A stretch of 64,000 nt of DNA from an uncultured Planctomycetota bacterium (GTDB lineage: Bacteria; Planctomycetota; Planctomycetia; Isosphaerales; Isosphaeraceae): NCBI GenBank assembly GCA_963737655.1, contig CAVTTN010000002.1:3360001-3424000 (forward strand), read 5' to 3'. The translations under genes and the position numbers were made by a program. The notes beneath the pieces are model-generated. The model was not told where the DNA came from. It saw only the letters and a list, made by a program, of their open reading frames with translations, and did not search any database. How positions within the stretch are numbered: the stretch's first letter is position 1; the number at the start of each line of letters is the position of its first letter. This document shows, one piece after another, positions 56,456 to 64,000 of this stretch.

Positions 56456-57532
56456 TCAGAGCTCGTTGCCGTCGTGGATCATCGGCTCCAGCTCTTTCGT
56501 GTTCCGCTCGACGGCCAGGACGATCGTCCGTTCCTCGACGCCGTCGGGGCTGGCGGCGACGGCCGGGATGATCTGGCGGGAGTCGGGCAGGCTGAACCGG
56601 ACCGTGAACGTGCCGTCGGGCCGGAGCTGCACGGGCTCTCCCTGGAGAGAGACCTTGGCGTTCGGCTCGGTCGCCCCGTAGACGATCAGCTCGGCGTCGA
56701 TCTCGAAGTGGAACCCCCGGCCCAGGAGGGGCAGGGCGCCGGTGCCGAGGCTCTGCATGGAGAGGCTGTGCATCGGGCGGCGGAGGACCTCCTCAAAAAT
56801 CTCCTTGAGGTCGGTCGAGCCGTTGCCGCCGGACTGGTGGTAGATCTTCTGGTAGTGGTCCTGGACGCTGGACCAGTTCTGGTCGAGGACGTCCGAGGCG
56901 CCGGCCCGGGGGGTGCTCACGACATTGGATCGGGCCAGGACGTAGAACTTGCCTCGGCGGGAGAGGTAGCCGACATCGACGCGGAACGATCTCGGGGGGT
57001 TGACGACGTCGATATACCAGTTGTTGACGCCGCCGTGGATCTCGATGTCGCGGATGTGGCGCTCGCTGGCGGAGGTGGTGTCCTCGCTGGAGACGTCCAT
57101 CAGCCGCAGGATGGGCTTGGCGGCGTGCCAGTCCTGGCCGAGGGCGGCCTGGGCGCGGCCGAGGGTGGCGCGGCTGAGTTCCCAGTAGACGTGGAGCCAG
57201 TAGGGGTCGCGGACCATGCAGATGATCCGGTCCTTGGTGCAGGCGTGGTCGAGCGACTGGGAGGCCCTGGGCAGGGGGGCCAGGGCCCGGGGCGGCGGGC
57301 TCACCGCCGGGCGGGCCTTGCGGTCCGCCTGGGCCTCGGCCGCCTTGCTCACGGCCTTCTCGGGCTCGGCGTCCCGGGCCTTGCTCTTATCCTTCTTCGC
57401 GCCCGGGGGCGGCGGCGTCAGGGCGCGGATGAGTTGATCTTTCCTCATGGCGTGCCAGCCGACGATACCCTGGTCCTTGGCCATCCGCGCCAGAACCTTC
57501 TTATTGCAGTCCTTGAGCGTTTCGACGGTCAT
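56456..57532 (-). CDS. DUF4912 domain protein with Rho-N-like N-terminal helix pair
   Basis: MRKDQLIRAL, VRDPYWLHVYWE, WYIDV, ARSN.V.TP, DAELIVYGATEP. Confidence 0.85.
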   Translation of the reverse strand: MTVETLKDCNKKVLARMAKDQGIVGWHAMRKDQLIRALTPPPPGAKKDKSKARDAEPEKAVSKAAEAQADRKARPAVSPPPRALAPLPRASQSLDHACTKDRIICMVRDPYWLHVYWELSRATLGRAQAALGQDWHAAKPILRLMDVSSEDTTSASERHIRDIEIHGGVNNWYIDVVNPPRSFRVDVGYLSRRGKFYVLARSNVVSTPRAGASDVLDQNWSSVQDHYQKIYHQSGGNGSTDLKEIFEEVLRRPMHSLSMQSLGTGALPLLGRGFHFEIDAELIVYGATEPNAKVSLQGEPVQLRPDGTFTVRFSLPDSRQIIPAVAASPDGVEERTIVLAVERNTKELEPMIHDGNEL

Positions 57533-57882
57533 GCGGGGCCACTCCGTCTCGGCCCGCCAGGCGGCGCGGGCCGGTCGTGCAAGGAACGCGAAGTTCATCC
57601 GTGAGTGGGCCGATCCGAAAGACTCCGTGCCTGACGGACTGCATCGACAATCAGAGCGGAGACCGCGCGTCGGCGACGGTCGCGAGGGGGCTTTCCGGGC
57701 GCAGCCCGGGCGTCGCGGACGGGTCTCGGACGGGGAAACGTCGAGGGCGGCCGTCCCCCCTTCACCTCATGAAGAGAGGGCGCCGCCCCTGCAGACCCCG
57801 TCGCCTGTCCGTCGCCATCCGGCCATCGCCATGTCCCGTCCCCACGCGGTTCGTCCGGGAGACGCAATCACCAGCGTCTTGA

Positions 57883-57911
57883 GATTTACCAAACCCCGGG
57901 GCCCCTGTCAA
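57883..57911 (-). promoter_or_regulatory. Putative sigma70 promoter toward the DUF4912 gene
   Basis: TTGACA-17 nt-TAAATC on the minus strand. Confidence 0.45.
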
Positions 57912-58034
57912 CCCTCAATCCGCCTTCGGTGTCCGGCTTCGGACAGAATCCCGCCTTCGTGGCGCCTCGGGGCCGGCGGGAGGGCGGGCCGCGGCCGACT
58001 TCGTGAAAAATTTCCCGAGCCGGTGGGTGGGGAG

Positions 58035-58064
58035 TTGACAAGCCGCTCCGGCGCCCGTTACAAC
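58035..58064 (+). promoter_or_regulatory. Putative atp operon promoter
   Basis: TTGACA-18 nt-TACAAC. Confidence 0.55.
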
Positions 58065-58145
58065 CTGTTCCTCTCGCGGGGGTGTGCGACGCCCCGCGGC
58101 TCCTCGACCAACGGCCCCAACCCCTCGGACGAAGCGATCCGCACC

Positions 58146-58433
58146 GTGGACCGACCCCCTCCCGGCGACGACCTGTCGCAGGGGATGTACTGGGCCTCCC
58201 GGATCACCACCATCGCCCTGGAGTTCGCCCTGCCGGCGCTCCTGGGGCTGGCGGTCGATCGGTTCGTCTGGAGGTTCTCCCCGGCCGGAGTCCTGCTCGG
58301 GGCGGTCCTGGGGTTCGCCGTCGGGATGATGCACCTGCTGAAGATCGCCCAGGAAAGCCAGGGCCCGGGCCGAGGCCCCCGCCCCCCGAAATCCAGCCCC
58401 CCCGGACCGACCGATCATGGCCGAGCACGATAA
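58146..58433 (+). CDS. AtpZ/AtpI family 2-TM protein
   Basis: LLGLAVDRF..P..L.G..LGF..G pattern; first gene of the atp operon; start uncertain. Confidence 0.75.
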   Translation: MDRPPPGDDLSQGMYWASRITTIALEFALPALLGLAVDRFVWRFSPAGVLLGAVLGFAVGMMHLLKIAQESQGPGRGPRPPKSSPPGPTDHGRAR

Positions 58434-59352
58434 CAACCCCCTCAGCCACGTCGTCGATCACTCGACCCTGGAGATCCCATTCACCGGAGGGGAGATCGAC
58501 CTGCCGTTCGGGATCACCCGGTTCATGGTCATGGAGGTGGTCGCGGCGGTCCTGGTGATCCTCGTGGTCGTCCCCCTGGCCCGCCACGTGGCGAAGCACC
58601 GCGTGACCCGCGGCAAGTTCTGGAACATGTTCGAGGCCATCCTCCTGTTCATCCGCGACGGCATCGCCCGACCCGCGATCGACGGCAAGGACCACGGCGA
58701 GCATGGCCACGACGAACACGGCCACGGCCACGACGATCATGGCCACGGCCACGCCCCGAAGGGGGACGAAGGCGGGATGTTCGGCTTTGGCCCCGGCACC
58801 AGCCCCCCGCCGAAGGTGACCCACGGCCGGCTGTCCGACCGCTTCATGCCGTTCCTCTGGACGCTGTTCTTCTTCATCCTGTTCTGCAACCTCCTGGGGA
58901 TGATCCCGGGCGGGGCCTCGGCCACCGGCAACATCGCCGTGACGGGCGTCCTGGCGTTCCTCACGCTCGCGGCGGTGATCACCGCGGGCGTCCAGGCGAT
59001 GGGATTCGCCGGGTTCTGGCTGGGGATCGTCCCGAAAATGGACGTCCCGATCTGGCTCAAGCCCATGCTCTGGGGCATGATGTTCGTCATCGAGATTGCC
59101 GGCCTGTTCATCCGTCACATCGTGCTGTCGGTCCGGTTGTTCGCGAACATGCTGGCCGGTCACATCGTTTTGGCGGTGATCCTCGGGTTCATCGTCCAGG
59201 CGAGCGGGGCGATCACCCTGCTCGTCACCCCGGCGAGCATCATCGGCAGCGTGGCGATCAGCTTGCTGGAGCTGTTCGTGGCATTCTTGCAGGCGTACAT
59301 TTTCACGTTCCTGGCGGCGCTGTTCATCGGCTCGGCGGCCCACCCGCACTGA
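58417..59352 (+). CDS. atpB: ATP synthase F0 subunit a
   Basis: NLLGMIP, ATGNI, VRLFANMLAGH, LELFVAFLQAYIF. Confidence 0.96.
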   Translation: MAEHDNNPLSHVVDHSTLEIPFTGGEIDLPFGITRFMVMEVVAAVLVILVVVPLARHVAKHRVTRGKFWNMFEAILLFIRDGIARPAIDGKDHGEHGHDEHGHGHDDHGHGHAPKGDEGGMFGFGPGTSPPPKVTHGRLSDRFMPFLWTLFFFILFCNLLGMIPGGASATGNIAVTGVLAFLTLAAVITAGVQAMGFAGFWLGIVPKMDVPIWLKPMLWGMMFVIEIAGLFIRHIVLSVRLFANMLAGHIVLAVILGFIVQASGAITLLVTPASIIGSVAISLLELFVAFLQAYIFTFLAALFIGSAAHPH

Positions 59353-59494
59353 GCCGAGGTCCGTTCGAGACTGCCGGCGGCCGGGCGATGGGCCCGGCCG
59401 GGGCCACCCTCTCCCCTGGGCGAGACGCAGTTCGTCCCGCCACCCCCCAAGCCCCCGATAGCGATCGAGGGCGAGTTCAGGAGTCGATCGTCCG

Positions 59495-59842
59495 ATGAAA
59501 TTCGTCAAGAGTGCCGCCCTCCTGCTCGGGCTGATCTTCGCCGTCGCCGCCCCGGCGGTCGCCGCCCCGTTCGAGCCCGCGAACGCCGCCGACCAGGCCC
59601 GCGTCGATTACGCCAAGTCGGTCAAGTACCCGTTCTCCGACACCCGGGGGATCGCCGCCGGGCTGGTCATCATCGGCGCGGCGATGGGCATCGGCATGCT
59701 GGCCAAGGCGGCCGTCGAGAGCATGGCCCGCCAGCCCGAGGTCGCCGGGCAGATCAACACCTCGATGATCATCGCCGCGGCCCTGATCGAGGGCGTCACG
59801 TTCTTCGCCCTGATCATCATCATCCTCCAGGGCGCGTTTTGA
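59495..59842 (+). CDS. atpE: ATP synthase F0 subunit c with N-terminal extension
   Basis: GAAMGIG, ARQPE, ALIEG. Confidence 0.95.
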   Translation: MKFVKSAALLLGLIFAVAAPAVAAPFEPANAADQARVDYAKSVKYPFSDTRGIAAGLVIIGAAMGIGMLAKAAVESMARQPEVAGQINTSMIIAAALIEGVTFFALIIIILQGAF

Positions 59843-59861
59843 CCTCGGCCCTCGACTTCTG

Positions 59862-59940
59862 CTCCCGTCGGGTCCGCTCTCGCGGACCTCTTCGATTCGA
59901 AGAGGATCGAAGAGGTCCGCGAGAGCGGACCCTCCGGGAG
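59862..59940. repeat. 35-bp-arm hairpin / REP doublet (GGGTCCGCTCTCGCGGACC) between atpE and atpF
   Basis: 59862-59896 pairs with 59906-59940 with 2 mismatches and a 9-nt loop. Confidence 0.88.
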
Positions 59941-59976
59941 ACTTCCCCTCCCTGCCCGACTCGAAGGATCAGACCC

Positions 59977-60735
59977 ATGATCCGGACCCTCCAGACGGCG
60001 GTCGGCCTCCTGGCCCTGGCCTTCGCCGTCCTGTCCGCGAACACGACCCCCGCCGCCGAGCCCCAGGCCCAGCCCGGGCCCGGTGCGCCCAAGGCCAAGG
60101 CCGTCTCCCCGGCCGAGACGCCCCAGGAGCTCCTGGCCGACGCCGGAGAGGCCGCCGCCGAGGAGGCCCACGGCCGGGAGGCCCACGATTCCCGGGGCCA
60201 CGCCGAGCCGAACATCCTGGAATTCAAGCCCTCGTTGATGGTCTCGACCCTGATCGTCTTCACCCTCCTCCTCCTGATCCTCTGGCGGTTCGCCTGGGGT
60301 CCGCTGTCGGTGGCCCTGGCCGAGCGCGAGAGGCAGCAGGAAGAGACGATCCGCCAGGCCGAGCTTGCCCGGTCCGAGAGCGAACGGCTGCTGGCCGAGC
60401 ACAGGAAGCAGATGGACGAGACGGCCGAGCAGGTCCGCAAGCTCCTGGAAGAGGCCCGCCGCCAGTCCGACGCCAATGCCCAGACCATCCTCCAGAAAGC
60501 CCAGGCCGAGGCCGAGGCCACCCGCGAACGGGCCGACCGCGAGATCGGATCCGCCCGCGACCAGGCCCTCGCCGAGATCTGGCAGAAGGCCGCCGACCTG
60601 GCGGTTTCCGTCGCCGGCAAGGTGCTCTCCCGAGAGCTTTCGCACGACGATCAGAGGCGGCTGGTCGAGGTCGCCACCCACGAATTGCCCGCCTCTCCGG
60701 CCGGGACCAACGGTCACGGGGGCCACATCGGATGA
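59977..60735 (+). CDS. atpF: ATP synthase F0 subunit b with N-terminal extension
   Basis: F.LLL.IL.RFAW.P....L.ER followed by a long coiled coil. Confidence 0.92.
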   Translation: MIRTLQTAVGLLALAFAVLSANTTPAAEPQAQPGPGAPKAKAVSPAETPQELLADAGEAAAEEAHGREAHDSRGHAEPNILEFKPSLMVSTLIVFTLLLLILWRFAWGPLSVALAERERQQEETIRQAELARSESERLLAEHRKQMDETAEQVRKLLEEARRQSDANAQTILQKAQAEAEATRERADREIGSARDQALAEIWQKAADLAVSVAGKVLSRELSHDDQRRLVEVATHELPASPAGTNGHGGHIG

Positions 60736-61346
60736 GCGCCTCCGCTTCGCCGGATGTCTCCGGGACGGTGTTCGATGACGAGGTCGCGCAGGTCGCGCGG
60801 TCCTATGCCGAAGCCCTGCTGAACGCCGCCTCGAAGGGCGGCGAGGCCGAGGCGGTCCTCGGCGAGCTCGAGGAGATCGAGGACGACCTGATCCGGGACC
60901 AGCCCCGGATCGCCGAGCTCTTCGCCTCGCCCTCGATCCCCGCTCATGAAAAAGAGCGAGTGCTCTCCGAAGCGTTCGAGGGCCGGGCCTTGCCGACGGT
61001 CGTCCGGTTCCTGAAGGTCCTGAACCACCACGGCCGGCTCGGCCTGATCGCGCCGATCGCCCGGGAGGCCCGGGCCCTGTGGGACCGCAAGCAGAACCGC
61101 CGGCCGGTGACCGTGACCTCGGCGAGCCCCCTGGACGACGGCCAGAAGGCCGCTCTTCAAGACAAGCTGGCGAAGCTCGTCGCCGGCACACCGGTCGTGT
61201 CGTTCCGGGTCGATCCCGACCTGATCGGCGGCCTGGTCGTCCAGGTCGGCGACATCGTGTACGACGCCTCCGTCAAGACCAAACTCGACCGGATGAGGAC
61301 GCTCCTGGCCCAGGGCCGGGGGCGAGACTCGTCCATGATCCAGTAA
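60732..61346 (+). CDS. atpH: ATP synthase F1 subunit delta
   Basis: ARSYAEAL, VDPDLIGGLVVQVGD..YDASV. Confidence 0.94.
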   Translation: MSASASPDVSGTVFDDEVAQVARSYAEALLNAASKGGEAEAVLGELEEIEDDLIRDQPRIAELFASPSIPAHEKERVLSEAFEGRALPTVVRFLKVLNHHGRLGLIAPIAREARALWDRKQNRRPVTVTSASPLDDGQKAALQDKLAKLVAGTPVVSFRVDPDLIGGLVVQVGDIVYDASVKTKLDRMRTLLAQGRGRDSSMIQ

Positions 61347-61376
61347 TCGACGCGGCCCTCCCCTCCGAGGACGATC

Positions 61377-63094
61377 ATGAAATTCCGAGCCGATGAGATC
61401 ACGTCCGTCCTCCAGCGAGAGATCGAGCAGTTCCAGTCCGAAGTCACGAAGTCGGAGGTCGGCCGGGTCCTGGAGGTCGGCGACGGGATCGCGAGGGTCC
61501 ACGGCCTCTCCGGCGTGATGAGCGGCGAGATGGTCCGGTTCGAGAACGGCGTCCGGGGCCTGGCCTTCAACCTCGAAGAGTCGTCGGTCGGCGTGATCAT
61601 CCTCGGCGAGTTCACCGAGCTCCACGAGGGGGAGACCGTCACCGCCACCGGCGAGCTGCTCCGCGTCCCGGTGGGCGAGGCGATGGTCGGGCGGGTGGTG
61701 AACCCCCTGGGCGAGCCGATCGACAACAAGGGCCCGATCGTCACCACGCACTCCCGCCTGGTCGAATCGCCCGCGCCGGGATCGCCGACCGTCAGCCCGT
61801 CGACGAGCCGATGCAGACCGGCGTGAAGGCCATCGACTCCATGACCCCGATCGGCCGAGGCCAGCGAGAGCTGATCATCGGCGACCGCAAGACGGGCAAG
61901 ACGGCCATCGCGATCGACGCCATCCTGAACCAGAAGGGCCAGGGGGTCATCTGCGTCTACGTGGCGATCGCCCAGAAGGAATCGACCACGGCCGCGCTGG
62001 TGGACGTCCTCCGCCGCAACGGCGCGATGGATTACACCATCGTCGTGGCCGCCGGGGCCAGCGACCCGGCCCCGTTGCAGTACCTGGCCCCGTACGCCGG
62101 GACGGCGATGGCCGAGTACTTCATGTACGAGAAGGGCGGCGCGACGCTCTGCGTCTACGACGACCTTTCCAAGCAGGCCGTCGCCTATCGCGAGCTGTCC
62201 CTCCTCCTCCGGCGTCCCCCGGGCCGCGAGGCGTACCCCGGCGACGTGTTCTACGCCCACTCGCGGCTCCTGGAACGTTCGGCGAAGCTCGCCAACCGCT
62301 ACGTGATCGTCCCCGAGGGCGCGCCGACCGACGACCCGAACAACCCGGTGGACGCCCATTGGGGCGTCAACGGCAAGAGCTACCTGGGCGTCCCCGGCGA
62401 GGAAGAGGCCAAGCACGACCTGAAGGCGAATTACCCGACCGGCCACAAGATCGTCAAGACGGCGAAGTCCGGCGGATCGCTCACGGCCTTGCCGATCATC
62501 GAGACCCTCGAAGGCGAGGTCTCGGCCTACATCCCGACCAACGTGATCTCGATCACCGACGGGCAGATCTACCTCCAGCCCGACCTGTTCTTCGCCGGGG
62601 TCCGGCCGGCGGTGGACGTGGGGATCAGCGTGTCTCGCGTGGGCGGCAAGGCCCAGACGCCCGCCATGAAGAAGGTGGCCGGCGGCCTCCGCCTGGACCT
62701 CGCCGCGTTCCGCGAGCTGGAGGCGTTCGCCCAGCTCGGCACCGAGCTCGACAAGGCGACTCAGGGCCAGCTCGACCGGGGATACCGGATGATCGAGATC
62801 CTCAAGCAGCCGCAATATCACCCGCTGAACTTCGCCGACCAGGTCATGAGCCTGTACTCCGGGACCGAGGGGTTCCTGGACGACGTGCCGGTCAAGGAGG
62901 TCCGCCGGTTCGAGACCGAGTTCCTCCGGTTCATGAGCGTGGAGAAATCGGCCGTTCGCGACCAGCTCCTCCGCGAGAAGAAGCTGTCGGACGCCGTGCT
63001 GACCGGCCTCCGGGCCGCCCTCGAAGAGTTCAAGACGCGGTTCCGCTCGGCCTCCAAGGTTGAAACGCCCGCGCTGGCCGGGGCCGGGGCCTAG
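61377..63094 (+). CDS. atpA: ATP synthase F1 subunit alpha (apparent 1-nt deletion near 61778)
   Basis: [41 protein letters not shown]; adding one G restores [10 protein letters not shown]. Confidence 0.96.
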
Positions 63095-63173
63095 TCTCCC
63101 GCCGAGACCGATGCCCCCCCTCGGCCCGATCCCGGACCCGACCCCCTGACGCGATCGCAATCGAGAGACCCCG

Positions 63174-64000
63174 ATGGCCAAGGCCCGCGCGATCATCAAG
63201 CGCCGCAAGTCGGTGCAGAATATCCGCAAAATCACCCGGACGATGGAGCTGATCGCCACCGCCCGGTTCAAGAAGGCGATGGACCGCGCCACCGAGGCCG
63301 AGGCCTACACGCGGAAGATCGCCGAGATCGTCGCCGACCTGGCCGAGACGGGCGCCGAGGTCTCCCATCCCCTGCTGAAGGCCCACGACCCGGTCAAGAA
63401 CGGCCGGTTGCTGATCCTCAGCAGCAATCGCGGGCTGGCCGGCGGCTACAACGGCAACGTCCTCCGCGCCGCCACCCGCCGGTATCACGAGGAGACGGCC
63501 GAGGGGGTCCACGTCTCGCTGGACATCGCCGGCAAGCGCGGGATCGCGTTCGCCAAGTTCCGCGGGCTGAAGCCCGAATCGACGTTCACCCACTTCGAGG
63601 ATCGGCCCCAGTTCGCCGAGGTCGAGGCCCTGGCCGATCGCTACATTGCCCTGTACGTCTCGGGCCAGATCGACCGCCTGGAAGTGGCGTATACCCGCTT
63701 CCTCTCGACGGCCCGGCAGGAAGCGACCGTGCAGACGCTCCTGCCGATGTCCGCGACGGCCGTCGGCGACCTCGGTCCGAAGCGCCCGGACCCCAAATCC
63801 GCCGGCAAGGACGGCCGCAAGGCCCAGCGGGTCCCCTACGAGTTCCTTCCCGACGCCGCGAGCATCCTGGAGGAGATCGTCCCGGTCTCCTTCAAGGTCC
63901 GCCTCTTCAAGTGCTTCCTCGACGCCGCCGTCTCCGAGCAGATCGCCCGGATGGCCGCGATGAGGGCGCGACCGAGAACGCCGACGAGATGATCAAGTCC
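63174..64000 (+). CDS. atpG: ATP synthase F1 subunit gamma (3'-truncated; apparent 1-nt deletion at 63964-63966)
   Basis: KSVQNIRKITRTMELIA, RGLAGGYN, SEQIARMAAM; ATENADEMIK follows in the -1 frame. Confidence 0.95.

Noticed and set aside
23717..64000. Pseudogenes or programmed frameshifting in yidC, mnmE, rbsK, atpA and atpG
   Set aside because: All are single-base losses in short G/C runs without slippery heptamers or other decay; sequencing error is more parsimonious
1..64000. Prophage, integrase, transposase, tRNA or rRNA
   Set aside because: No recognisable motifs or cloverleaf-like sequences were found by eye

Overview
High-GC chromosomal window from a planctomycete, probably Isosphaeraceae. 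The evidence is E-x-L-E-x-R-x-L-[LM] export motifs, an ECF sigma factor with a transmembrane helix and C-terminal extension, an lpxC-fabZ fusion and a long AtpA insertion. Content in order: deacetylase, Uma2, typA, two tandem NPYxxP membrane paralogs and an AT-rich island; a 13-kb glycan locus (three glycosyltransferases each paired with a small coiled-coil gene, a secreted beta-helix protein, a GT-C-like membrane protein); a POTRA-TPR protein, tsaB, yidC-mnmE, rbsK, ggt, an ECF sigma and a large secreted beta-helix/DUF11 protein; zwf-(inserted gene)-opcA; crtE-crtI-crtB-crtC-csrA; skp-lpxC/fabZ-lpxA-gnnA-like; 6S RNA-ygfA; and the start of the atp operon. The most unusual signals are four. 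(1) At least five GTAG-type REP/REPIN families, whose TAG is the stop codon of up to five genes. (2) A MITE family seen both empty (141 bp, 9-bp target duplication) and carrying a nested 100-bp MITE with an 8-bp duplication. (3) A duplicated WbdA-like GT4 plus small amphipathic/coiled-coil partner module. (4) A barrel-less POTRA-TPR fusion. Six frameshifts in G/C runs, including yidC, atpA and atpG, most likely reflect sequencing error. No CRISPR array, rRNA, tRNA or transposase was seen. All family calls come from motif recognition, not database searches.
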